DNA of 46,182 bases, from assembly GCA_016779705.1 (NCBI GenBank), contig JADHNB010000003.1:1-46182 (forward strand). Direction: 5' to 3'. The stretch comes from Poseidonia sp. Its GTDB lineage: Archaea > Thermoplasmatota > Poseidoniia > Poseidoniales > Poseidoniaceae. The notes under the pieces are model-generated. The model was not told where the DNA came from and did not search any database. It was given only the letters and a program-made list of their open reading frames with translations. The translations under genes were made by a program, and so were the position numbers. Below, one piece after another: positions 36,675-45,472 of this stretch (positions are counted from its first letter, which is position 1; every line of letters begins with the position of its first letter).

Positions 36675-39600
36675 GACCGTAGAAAACCACCCAAACCACG
36701 GCTCGAATGTTACGTCCGCCGTTGCCGATTCCGTCGGAGGGCACATACTCTGCTCCGTTGTAATATCCTCTGTACACCAGGTGGTTGTTGGTCGTGTTAT
36801 CAACCCAATCGGTGATGTCGTATGTCCACTGTTTGACGTCTTGACCAGCGCACCAACCGGCACGACCAAACGGCCACGACCCGAACTGGTTGGCCACGAC
36901 CCCGTTGTTCACTTCGTTTTCACAACCCTCGCTGCTGTAGACGATGGGATGCCATTCGTAGGTTTGGTGACTGCCCATGGTGTAGTAGTGTTGGTGGTCA
37001 CAAAATTCTGCGCAATTCGCCGTGTCTTGATTGAATCCGTGACCGGTGATGGTGGCAACAATCTCAACACGAGTTGTGCCGGAGGGAACGGTGAAGTTGT
37101 GTTGACGATTGTACTTTGACTCGTTGTTGTATGTGCCATCAAATTGACCGCCGCTAAAGGCGTAGGTAGCGTTCGTGGACCGCTCCCCGCTTCCCCAATT
37201 GCTGAAGAGGAAGGTGACGGTGAGGTCTCCTTTGTTGGCACCTGAATACTTGAATCGGCGCTCTTCGCCATCGTTGAGCATGAACAGATACGGTGTGATG
37301 TCCGTGAGCCACATGCCCTCCCGCCCATAGGTGGTGATCCACCGGACCATTTCGGTGTTGCAGACCGAGCTGTTCGAAACATCGCACACGTAGAGGTAAG
37401 CGAGGTAGTCCCATTCGTGACACCCACCGTACGTTCCATCTGATTTTTGATAGCGGTTGGTACGCTCGTAGCACGCGTGTTCGTGGTAAACTTCGAGGGT
37501 ATCGTAGGAACTCAAAATTTCAGGGAGTTCGAAGGTGGCGTTCGTGAACGATGAATGACCTCCTCCCCACCCTCCTGTATGGCGTTGGAAATCCATGATT
37601 GAGACGGCGTGAACGCCAGGGTCCGAACTCCGAATTTTCGCTGGGAATTCGGCTACCCATTGATTGGTTTCATACGACAGGTGGTACGGGTCATTAGATT
37701 GGCTTGTCCAAGCGTAGAGGGAACCGGTTTCTCGAGCCAATTGGAAACGATCGATGCCGATGTACAACGGATTGTTGAACGAGGTGATCATGGAACCCAG
37801 TCCTCCACCGATGTTGCTTGCATCCATGTCGATGTAGTGAATTCGGTCGTCCCAATACGCTTCTTCGCTTGTGGTTAAACCGGCTAAGACGGCGTTTCGT
37901 TGTTGAACCACATCGTTGTGATAGGTGGTGTCAAACGACCCGTAGAAGAGATGCGTGTTTTCAGGAAGGTTGCGTATGAATTTACCTGGATTTTGTCCCC
38001 AGGTCGCTCCATTGCTGCTTCCACCCGAGTTGGTGTATTTGAACATGAAAAAGTAGACATCATGGCCCGTCCAACGGTCTTTGAAATTGAACGAGCCGTT
38101 CAACGTGGGGACGGAGAATTGTGGGACGATTTGCATCGGGGCGTTCAACGATGAAGCGTCGGTCCAGTTGACGGGCAATTGAATGACGGCACAGCCAACC
38201 TGGTCCACCGTCCACCGTTCGGGTGAATTTGCACAAGCGTCAACGTTGGCAAACACGCCGTCTCCATCAATGTCTGCACACCCCGCTGCGTTGACCACCA
38301 AGCCCGAAGGTGTGCCTTCGCATTGGTCTGTGAAGTCGTTGACACCGTCTTGGTCAGTGTCTCGTTCGACGGCTGCGCAACCGTGTTCATTCACGTCCAA
38401 ACTGCCCAACGGCGTTTGTGGGCACAGGTCCAAGGTTGAACCGGTGGCATTGACATCGTTGACACCGTCGTTATCGTCATCTTCGTCTTCCGTTGCGTCT
38501 TGACATCCATCGTTGTCCCAATCGTTGGCGGTCGTGGAAGACCATCCCGCAACCCCTTTCGGACACCGGTCAACGGTGTCGTTGTGATCGTCGTTATCAT
38601 CGTTGTCATCTTCATCCAAGTCGGAGCAACCGTCGTTGTCCCAATCGCTGTACCGGTTGGAATACCAACCTTTGCGGCCAACGGGGCACGAATCCTCGAC
38701 ATCCTCTACACCATCGTTGTCGTCGTCGGTGTCTTCATCCGCATCGTGGCAACCATCGTAGTCGTAATCGGCGCTTGGTGTGCTCACCCATCCGTAAGAG
38801 GTCGGGCACCCATCGTGAAGGTCAATGATGCCGTCGTTGTCGTCATCGTCGTCTTCGTCGTTGTCTCGACAACCGTCTTGGTCGCCATCCGTTGCGGGTG
38901 TTGATTGCCACCCATCGTTTGCACCGATGCCGTTGGGGCATCGATCGTTAGCGTTCTGGACGCCATCACCGTCTTCGTCATCGCCAGCCCCTTCGATGAC
39001 CACGGTCGTGGTTGCAACGTCGTTGGCCACGGTGAAGCGACCGCAGGTCGCCGTCGTGGTGATCGTATGAGATGACGTTGCCTCCGTGAAGTCAACCATC
39101 ACTTTCCATTCACCGCGGTCGTCAAGGCTTAACCCGCCAACCGTGCCGTCGGTGATTTCGTATTGAACGGTGCATGATTCAAGGTTGGCGTGGTCCACGC
39201 GTCCCTCATACCAGACCACGTTTGGTTCTTCGAGGACCAAACGAGCGGCGGTGGTGAGCACCGGCGCTGGCTCGATGGGCGCTTGGACGCTAAGGCTGAG
39301 AACAAGCGGTTGGAACTCGGGTGCCATTGCGGTGCTTCCCGTGTTTGAAAATCGAACCGAGACGATGTGATCGCCGACGGTATCTGGTACAAAGGAAAGC
39401 TGGTAGCCGTTGGAGTGTTCAATCCATTCAACCTGTGTCATCGGAGCAAAGGAAGGATTCAGAACCGAAGGCTCTGCCAGGTACGTTCCCGCTCCTTGTT
39501 GATCGACGTTCAAGATGTAAATGGCTTCCTCTCCGAGAACCATCGTTTCTGGCGCGTTCACCCACCTCGCTTCAAGGCTGTAGGTCTCCACGACGGGTTC

Positions 39601-39693
39601 GACGATGTCGGGGGCGGGCTCACTCATCCCTAAGCAACCCGATACGAGCATCAATCCGACAAAACAGAGCGCCGTCAAGCGTTGTGGCTGCAT
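36661..39693 (-). CDS. Lipoprotein with TSP3-like repeats and C-terminal peptide-N-glycosidase F-like domain
   Basis: Lipobox LVSG-C; repeats DxDxDGCxDxxEDxDDDNDG; C-terminal CHEWDY, EMVRWITTY, ITGHG, CAEFC, RAGWCAG motifs of PNGase F. Confidence 0.85.
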   Translation of the reverse strand: MQPQRLTALCFVGLMLVSGCLGMSEPAPDIVEPVVETYSLEARWVNAPETMVLGEEAIYILNVDQQGAGTYLAEPSVLNPSFAPMTQVEWIEHSNGYQLSFVPDTVGDHIVSVRFSNTGSTAMAPEFQPLVLSLSVQAPIEPAPVLTTAARLVLEEPNVVWYEGRVDHANLESCTVQYEITDGTVGGLSLDDRGEWKVMVDFTEATSSHTITTTATCGRFTVANDVATTTVVIEGAGDDEDGDGVQNANDRCPNGIGANDGWQSTPATDGDQDGCRDNDEDDDDDNDGIIDLHDGCPTSYGWVSTPSADYDYDGCHDADEDTDDDNDGVEDVEDSCPVGRKGWYSNRYSDWDNDGCSDLDEDDNDDNDDHNDTVDRCPKGVAGWSSTTANDWDNDGCQDATEDEDDDNDGVNDVNATGSTLDLCPQTPLGSLDVNEHGCAAVERDTDQDGVNDFTDQCEGTPSGLVVNAAGCADIDGDGVFANVDACANSPERWTVDQVGCAVIQLPVNWTDASSLNAPMQIVPQFSVPTLNGSFNFKDRWTGHDVYFFMFKYTNSGGSSNGATWGQNPGKFIRNLPENTHLFYGSFDTTYHNDVVQQRNAVLAGLTTSEEAYWDDRIHYIDMDASNIGGGLGSMITSFNNPLYIGIDRFQLARETGSLYAWTSQSNDPYHLSYETNQWVAEFPAKIRSSDPGVHAVSIMDFQRHTGGWGGGHSSFTNATFELPEILSSYDTLEVYHEHACYERTNRYQKSDGTYGGCHEWDYLAYLYVCDVSNSSVCNTEMVRWITTYGREGMWLTDITPYLFMLNDGEERRFKYSGANKGDLTVTFLFSNWGSGERSTNATYAFSGGQFDGTYNNESKYNRQHNFTVPSGTTRVEIVATITGHGFNQDTANCAEFCDHQHYYTMGSHQTYEWHPIVYSSEGCENEVNNGVVANQFGSWPFGRAGWCAGQDVKQWTYDITDWVDNTTNNHLVYRGYYNGAEYVPSDGIGNGGRNIRAVVWVVFYGPTTA

Positions 39694-39730
39694 GGATAAA
39701 CCTCCTGTTCGTTCGCCTTCAATGTGTTGT

Positions 39731-40876
39731 TCACGAAATGTCTGATTCGGAACGGCCGTCGAAAACTGGCAAGGATTCAACGACCACCTTGGTCGGCGGG
39801 TGAGAGACACGCAGTGGCTCAACCCAGAGCAAAGGACCTCCTTTGGTTCGGTCAATACGAAGAATGCATTCCCAATGAATGCGGACCAAGTCTGAGTGAA
39901 CGCTGCCCGGCCACTCTCCTGTGGGGCAGGCCAGCGTCATGGACTTGCCCTCCGTCCACCGTTTCTGCTCCCCCATGGCCATGATGCGCATCGGTCGAAG
40001 GTACAAACCTCCCTTGACCTCTTGGAGTTCCATCGGAGCGTCCTCACCTCCGGCCGTTCCGTCGTCCAAGCCAGAAATCCAATGATGCGGGAGTTCCGTG
40101 GAGAGCCCAGGGGGTGGTTGGCGATTGGCTCCCCGTTCAAGCACCTGCAACAACGTTTCCCGAGCAGGAGGCAGCACACCAACTCGCCAAAACACATCCA
40201 CGTGGTTCCAAGTGGATGGGCGTTGATCGAGGTGCAGCGTGATTTCCAAAGGCTTGTTGGCGACGGGATTCCCTTGTATCTCAAGTTTGGGCCGTGTTGG
40301 ATGCGTGGCCAAAAACCGGTTCTGTCGGCGTAACTCAACCAAATTTGCGAGCACGCGAATGAACAGAGGCGCAAAGATGAGCGGGACCACAAAGACGGCA
40401 AGCGCAGGGTAGTCAAGCAACCCCCAACGAACCGTCTCCAACCCGTAAACGGGGAGGCCAAAAAACAACACGAGGGGGGAGATGAAGAGATAGAACAAGG
40501 CGGCTAATAGCACGATGACCACGCCGTTGATGAATTGACGCAAGACGTTGTGGACGGGATTGGGGACCAAATACCAACCCCTTCGTTGGCGGTATACCGT
40601 GTCCACAAAATCTTCTTGTTCCAAAAAAACCTCATCCACCTCGGGCTCCAATCGTTGGCCGTCGAACCAATATTCACGTTGTATGAACCACGATTCCTGT
40701 GTGCCCAAACGGAACGATGGAGCAAGGCCCTTGAGGTGGCTCATGGCTTCGTCCTGAGTTTCAAATTGACCTTTTGATAGCGTACGCTTTGCGATGGGCA
40801 GGCGTTCTGGATTCCACCTTGACGACTCAAATGGGGGATACCGGACGCTTTGAATTTCATCAAGGGACGGCATCAC
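39731..40876 (-). CDS. Hypothetical membrane protein (2 TM) with beta-rich C-terminal domain
   Basis: 381 aa ORF co-oriented with its neighbours, two hydrophobic segments in the middle. Confidence 0.75.
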   Translation of the reverse strand: MMPSLDEIQSVRYPPFESSRWNPERLPIAKRTLSKGQFETQDEAMSHLKGLAPSFRLGTQESWFIQREYWFDGQRLEPEVDEVFLEQEDFVDTVYRQRRGWYLVPNPVHNVLRQFINGVVIVLLAALFYLFISPLVLFFGLPVYGLETVRWGLLDYPALAVFVVPLIFAPLFIRVLANLVELRRQNRFLATHPTRPKLEIQGNPVANKPLEITLHLDQRPSTWNHVDVFWRVGVLPPARETLLQVLERGANRQPPPGLSTELPHHWISGLDDGTAGGEDAPMELQEVKGGLYLRPMRIMAMGEQKRWTEGKSMTLACPTGEWPGSVHSDLVRIHWECILRIDRTKGGPLLWVEPLRVSHPPTKVVVESLPVFDGRSESDIS

Positions 40877-40882
40877 AACGCC

Positions 40883-42097
40883 TCACGTCAGAAGCAACCG
40901 AACACCTGCTTTCAGAGCAAGCGGTCGGAAGGCAGGAACTTGACGAAGCAAGGCCATTCCCAGCGGGACAGGCTTCTCAATGTCGCCAATTTCGTTGATG
41001 ATCTTCAAGGTGTTGGGGTGTGCAAACGCCTTGAAATGCTTGTCGAGGGTTTCGTCTGAGCAGTCGCTCACAAGGAGGTTTCTCAGGCTTCTGGCTCGGT
41101 CTTGGTCCCGCTTCATGGCTTCCCATGGTTTCTTCGTGATGCGTTTCAATCGTTCTTCATTCAACTCGTTGGATTGAATCGCCTCGGCCAAGGGTTCAAC
41201 AATGCACTGAATTTGATGAAATCCAGGTCCGATGCCGCCACCGGTGGTGGGTTTTGCCATGCCAGCGGCATCACCCAGTAGCATGACTCGAGATTTGACC
41301 GCCTTTTTGACCATACCCGAGGGGACGGGGCCGCAATACCGGGCGACCTCTTGCACGTTCGCAAAACGGTCTCGCCACAGAGGGTGGTCCACCAGTGCTT
41401 GATAGCAAGCTTCAATGCTTCGACCATTCAATCGCTCGGCGGTTGACCAGAGTCCAATACGATGTGAACCGAAGCCTGATGGAATCACCCAAGCAAAAAA
41501 ACCAGGCGCAATTTCGGATCCACTGTACATTTCCAACCATCGGTCTCGACCTTGATAACCAACCACCTCGGTTTGAAATCCAATCATCAGTTCCTTTGGG
41601 CGTCCCATGCGAAAGGTTCGGCGGGTCCAACTGTGAGCGCCATCGGCTCCAATCAGAAGTTTACAGCGGAGCTTTACGTTCTCTCCCGAACGGTTGAGGA
41701 GGAGTTCTACCCCCCCGTCATCGGTTTTGGCTTCCTTGGCGGTGGTGGCCAGCCAGAGGTCTGAACCGCGTTCCATGGCTTGTTGCACGACGAATTGGTC
41801 AAACCGCTTTCGGCAAACAACGTACGTTCGAAGAACGCCGTCCGTGCCAACGGGTACCAAGGTTCCACTTGGACCGTGAATCAGGGCTCCGTCCACTTCT
41901 TCGAGGACCGTGTGATGAGCAGCCACAGCGTCCATGGCCGAGGGCGTCACGAGGCCGGCGCATTGAAACGGACGGCCAATTTCGTCGTGTTCTTCAATCA
42001 TCAATACCCGTAGGCCACGTTCAGCGAGCAACCAAGCCGCTCGTCCGCCAACAGGGCCTGCCCCAACAACGACCACATCGTAGTCGTAAGGCTCCAT
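40883..42097 (-). CDS. Geranylgeranyl reductase family FAD oxidoreductase (archaeal lipid DGGGPL reductase-like)
   Basis: DVVVVGAGPVG, IGRPFQCAG, RKRFD, IGADGAHS, APGFFAWVIP, LGDAAG..KPTTGGGI. Confidence 0.9.
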   Translation of the reverse strand: MEPYDYDVVVVGAGPVGGRAAWLLAERGLRVLMIEEHDEIGRPFQCAGLVTPSAMDAVAAHHTVLEEVDGALIHGPSGTLVPVGTDGVLRTYVVCRKRFDQFVVQQAMERGSDLWLATTAKEAKTDDGGVELLLNRSGENVKLRCKLLIGADGAHSWTRRTFRMGRPKELMIGFQTEVVGYQGRDRWLEMYSGSEIAPGFFAWVIPSGFGSHRIGLWSTAERLNGRSIEACYQALVDHPLWRDRFANVQEVARYCGPVPSGMVKKAVKSRVMLLGDAAGMAKPTTGGGIGPGFHQIQCIVEPLAEAIQSNELNEERLKRITKKPWEAMKRDQDRARSLRNLLVSDCSDETLDKHFKAFAHPNTLKIINEIGDIEKPVPLGMALLRQVPAFRPLALKAGVRLLLT

Positions 42098-42147
42098 GGC
42101 AAAGGGTCGGGAGGGTTGTGTTTCAACCTTCCTTCTGTCCAGGTGCA

Positions 42148-44898
42148 TCAAGAGCGCTTTGCGAACTTGTAGGCAACGGACTCGTTTTTGCGAAGGTACA
42201 ACGAAGCGGCGAAAGGATTTCCAGTCTTTTTGGAGGTGAAATCATCGAACGGTCCCAAATTTTTGGTTTCAATCAGCGTTTTTGCCTCTTCACGGGTGAT
42301 GTCACGTTTCGAAATACACCGTTCAATGTGGATTTTGCAAGCTGAACCGCCTTCTTCGACGGTGAAATGCGTCTCCGTTTCGATGATGTTCGCCTTGTGG
42401 GTGGGACAAACCCCAACCACGCCCGGTTCAACCGGGAAGCGCTTTGCATCCGCACCGGCGTCTCGTGGAGGGAAATCAAAGGACACTCGGTTCTTATCGA
42501 GAACCAAAAAAGCACTGAAGGGGCGATTGCGTTTTGAAGTAAAATCCTCGAGGAGCGCCGACTTCCCTTGGGTAAAGATGGGCTTCGCTTCTTCGGGAGT
42601 TACCGGGCGTTTGCACATGACGTTCTGCATGCCTCTGAAGGAGCAATCGTCGAAATCGCACACATAGGCTGTTGAAGTAATTCGGATGGTACCGTGTTCA
42701 CAGACAGGGCAAGCGCACAGTTCAGCGTCGCTTTCACTGGCTGCAGCCGTGGTGCTCCCCTTGGCAACGACCTTCCCGTCGTGTTCAAGGACAACGGATG
42801 TTTCGTAACCCTCGCCGGCTTGAGAGAAAAAGCCGTGAAGGTCGTCCAATTGCTTCGAATCGATCAGCCGGGTGGCTGTTGTGCGGTCAAACCAGCGTCC
42901 CGATGTGTCTTTCCAGAACACGAACGGACACCCCTTATCGCGCCCCTCATTCAATTCACACTGGTAGGAAAGGGTTGTTTCGATGACGTTTGCGGAGCAC
43001 GTTGGGCATGCTCCAAGCGGTGGATCGTTGGCGTAGAGTTGACTCCGGTCATGGTCGCGAATCATGGTGACCAACGTGGTGGTTTGGTCAATGATTTTGT
43101 CCATGTAGGAATCCATGGATTCCTCGCCTCTTTGGACCGCCAGCAGGGATGCTTCCATGTCTCCGGTGAGTTCAGGTGAAGTGATCCATTCGACGGGGAT
43201 TCTTCGTAAGATGTCAATCATCCGAATGCCGTGGGGGGCTGCGCTGATGGTACCGTTGCGTGAACGGCGAATGTAATTCCTGTCAATCAACTTCTCGATG
43301 GTGTCAGCACGTGTGGCTGGGGTGCCAAGTCCCTTGTCTTTCATGGCTTCAGCCAATTCATCGTCTTCGATGTGCTTTCCTGCGTGTTCCATCAACTGCA
43401 GCAAGCTCGCCTCTTTGAGTCGGTTCTTGGGTTTGGAGAATTCCTCGGAGAACTCGTGTTCTTCGAGGGTTGATGGTGCTGGATTTGAGGGCAACTGACC
43501 CCATCCATCGGGGACATTGTCCTTCTTTGGAACAACCGCTCGCCATCCGGGTTGGTCAAGGGCCTCAACTTCTTTGATGAATTGATGGCCACCCTTGCTG
43601 GTGGTCCGCTTGGTGACCGTCCAAGCCGATGGAGGGTGCCAGGAGGCGAGGAAATTGCGGACGATGAGGTCATACAACTTGGCATGATCTCCGCTGAGAT
43701 TGGCCGGTGGTTGTTGACCCGTTGGTACAATGGCGTAGTGGTCGGAGACTTTGCTGTTGTCAAAATTTCTGCTCGCATTGGCCAAGCCATCGCTTTGCAA
43801 GCGTGCGACATGTTCGCTGTAGTCTCCTTGTGACTTGATTTGCTCAAGGGTCTTTGCAACCGTTTCATGCATGTCCTCGGGAAGATGCTTTGAATCCGTA
43901 CGGGGATAGGTGGTCAGTTTGAATTTGTCGTACAGGTCTTGGGCCACACTCAAGGTTCGCTTTGCCGACCAAGACCATAGGCTGTTGGCACGTTTCTGGA
44001 GCGTGGTGAGGTCAAAATTCAAGGGCGGCTGTTCGTGTTTGGTCCGATGCGTTTCTGCGGTCGAAAACGGTGAGGCACTGCTCAAGACGGCCTCAATGGC
44101 TTCTTTTTCAACCAATTCAACGATCCGATGGGATTTCAGTTCCGGGCGCTCATCGTCGTCTTTGTGGTCCACTCGTTCCCATCGGGCAGTCCATCGGGCC
44201 TTCCCTGACTGGAACGTGGCGTTGAGTTGCCAATAGGGAAGGGGGACGTGTGAAAGCACCTCCAATTCGTGGTCCACGACCATGGCCAAGGTGGCGGTTT
44301 GAACGCGGCCCAGGGAATTGGACGACCGATCGCGGCGATTTTGAGGCAGGAAGGTGTTGGCCACTCGAGAACCGTTCATCCCGATGATCCAGTCTGCATG
44401 AGAACGAGCGTAGGCTGCATCGCTCAACGCCTTGTATTCATCGCCGCTTTTGCGATTTTCAAAGGCCGAAAGCATGGCATCGAAGGTCATGGACTGCATC
44501 CACATTCGAGATAGCGGCGTGTTCACCTTGGCGTGGGCAACGATGGTTCTGAAGATCAATTCGCCTTCCCTGGCAGCATCACAGGCGTTGACAATTTCCG
44601 TAACGGCTTTATCCTTCAGCAATTTTTTGATGGCGTTGAGTTGGGTTTTGTTCCGTCCACCTTTGGGTTTGTACTCAAAGGTGGGTGGAATGTAGGGCAA
44701 GCGGTCAATGGTTTTTCGCCAGTTTTTGAAGGCTTCATCGTACTCGTCCATGAATTTGAGTTCGAGCAAATGACCCACGGCCCACGTGATGATGATGTCG
44801 TCGCTTTGCCAGTGGGTGTCCAATTTTTTGCCTACCCCGAGGACGTTTGCGAGGTCCTCGGCAACACTGGGTTTCTCAGCAATGATAACGATGGACAT
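42148..44898 (-). CDS. topB: Type IA DNA topoisomerase, bacterial TopB (topoisomerase III)-like, with C-terminal Zn-finger/repeat tail
   Basis: IAEKPSVA, WAVGHL, NACDAAREGELIF, GRVQTATL, catalytic TYPRTDS, DHYAIVPT, GLGTPATRA; C-terminal CxxC motifs and FTSK..PF.A.L repeats. Confidence 0.92.
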   Translation of the reverse strand: MSIVIIAEKPSVAEDLANVLGVGKKLDTHWQSDDIIITWAVGHLLELKFMDEYDEAFKNWRKTIDRLPYIPPTFEYKPKGGRNKTQLNAIKKLLKDKAVTEIVNACDAAREGELIFRTIVAHAKVNTPLSRMWMQSMTFDAMLSAFENRKSGDEYKALSDAAYARSHADWIIGMNGSRVANTFLPQNRRDRSSNSLGRVQTATLAMVVDHELEVLSHVPLPYWQLNATFQSGKARWTARWERVDHKDDDERPELKSHRIVELVEKEAIEAVLSSASPFSTAETHRTKHEQPPLNFDLTTLQKRANSLWSWSAKRTLSVAQDLYDKFKLTTYPRTDSKHLPEDMHETVAKTLEQIKSQGDYSEHVARLQSDGLANASRNFDNSKVSDHYAIVPTGQQPPANLSGDHAKLYDLIVRNFLASWHPPSAWTVTKRTTSKGGHQFIKEVEALDQPGWRAVVPKKDNVPDGWGQLPSNPAPSTLEEHEFSEEFSKPKNRLKEASLLQLMEHAGKHIEDDELAEAMKDKGLGTPATRADTIEKLIDRNYIRRSRNGTISAAPHGIRMIDILRRIPVEWITSPELTGDMEASLLAVQRGEESMDSYMDKIIDQTTTLVTMIRDHDRSQLYANDPPLGACPTCSANVIETTLSYQCELNEGRDKGCPFVFWKDTSGRWFDRTTATRLIDSKQLDDLHGFFSQAGEGYETSVVLEHDGKVVAKGSTTAAASESDAELCACPVCEHGTIRITSTAYVCDFDDCSFRGMQNVMCKRPVTPEEAKPIFTQGKSALLEDFTSKRNRPFSAFLVLDKNRVSFDFPPRDAGADAKRFPVEPGVVGVCPTHKANIIETETHFTVEEGGSACKIHIERCISKRDITREEAKTLIETKNLGPFDDFTSKKTGNPFAASLYLRKNESVAYKFAKRS

Positions 44899-44964
44899 GT
44901 TGTGGAACCGCAACGACGACCATACTTGAACCCTCCTTCAACTTCGGTTCGCCTTGTGTGCGTG

Positions 44965-44985
44965 CATGAAATGTTTCATTTCATG
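44965..44985. repeat. Perfect 9-bp inverted repeat CATGAAATG-TTT-CATTTCATG
   Basis: Read directly; lies between the stop of the upstream hypothetical gene and the topB promoter. Confidence 0.8.
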
Positions 44986-45418
44986 GACCCAAAACATCCG
45001 ATTTAACAAGCCGTTTCCGGTTGGCCTCCTCGTCCCAAGGCTGTTCTGCTTCTTTCCCAGCGCAACCCACGCATCCCGGGTAACCGGCCTCCAGCAAATC
45101 AACCGCTGTCGCTTTGATGGCCTCCCATGCCGCCCTTGCCTCAAGTGGAATCCAAACCACGCCGAGTGGAGGTTCGCTCTCGTTGCATTGGACCAGCAAT
45201 TCCAAAGTGGATGTACGAAGGATGGCAAGGGGTTCATCGAAATCGGGTAAACAGGACGGAAAGTGCAATCTCGACGGGAGCCGGTCCCCCATCAACACAC
45301 CGAGAGCGTGGAGTTCAGGTTCAATCCAGTCTGGTCCTTGTACCACGATGTTTTCTTCCCGTAACAACAGCCGAGCAGCCTCACGTACGGCCGGCCACCG
45401 CGGGTCCGTGATTCGCAT
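44981..45418 (-). CDS. Hypothetical protein with C-terminal GYPGCVGC motif
   Basis: About 145 aa ORF from MRITDPRW; TTCAA box 30 nt upstream; divergent from pyrD. Confidence 0.7.
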   Translation of the reverse strand: MRITDPRWPAVREAARLLLREENIVVQGPDWIEPELHALGVLMGDRLPSRLHFPSCLPDFDEPLAILRTSTLELLVQCNESEPPLGVVWIPLEARAAWEAIKATAVDLLEAGYPGCVGCAGKEAEQPWDEEANRKRLVKSDVLGP

Positions 45419-45472
45419 GTTGCAAGGGAGAAGGGGGCAAGTCTTGAAGGATGGCTTTGCCGACCCGCTCGC

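Noticed and set aside
39694..39855. Upstream extension of the PNGase-like ORF
   Set aside because: Overlaps the preceding gene; the signal peptide and lipobox begin at 39693
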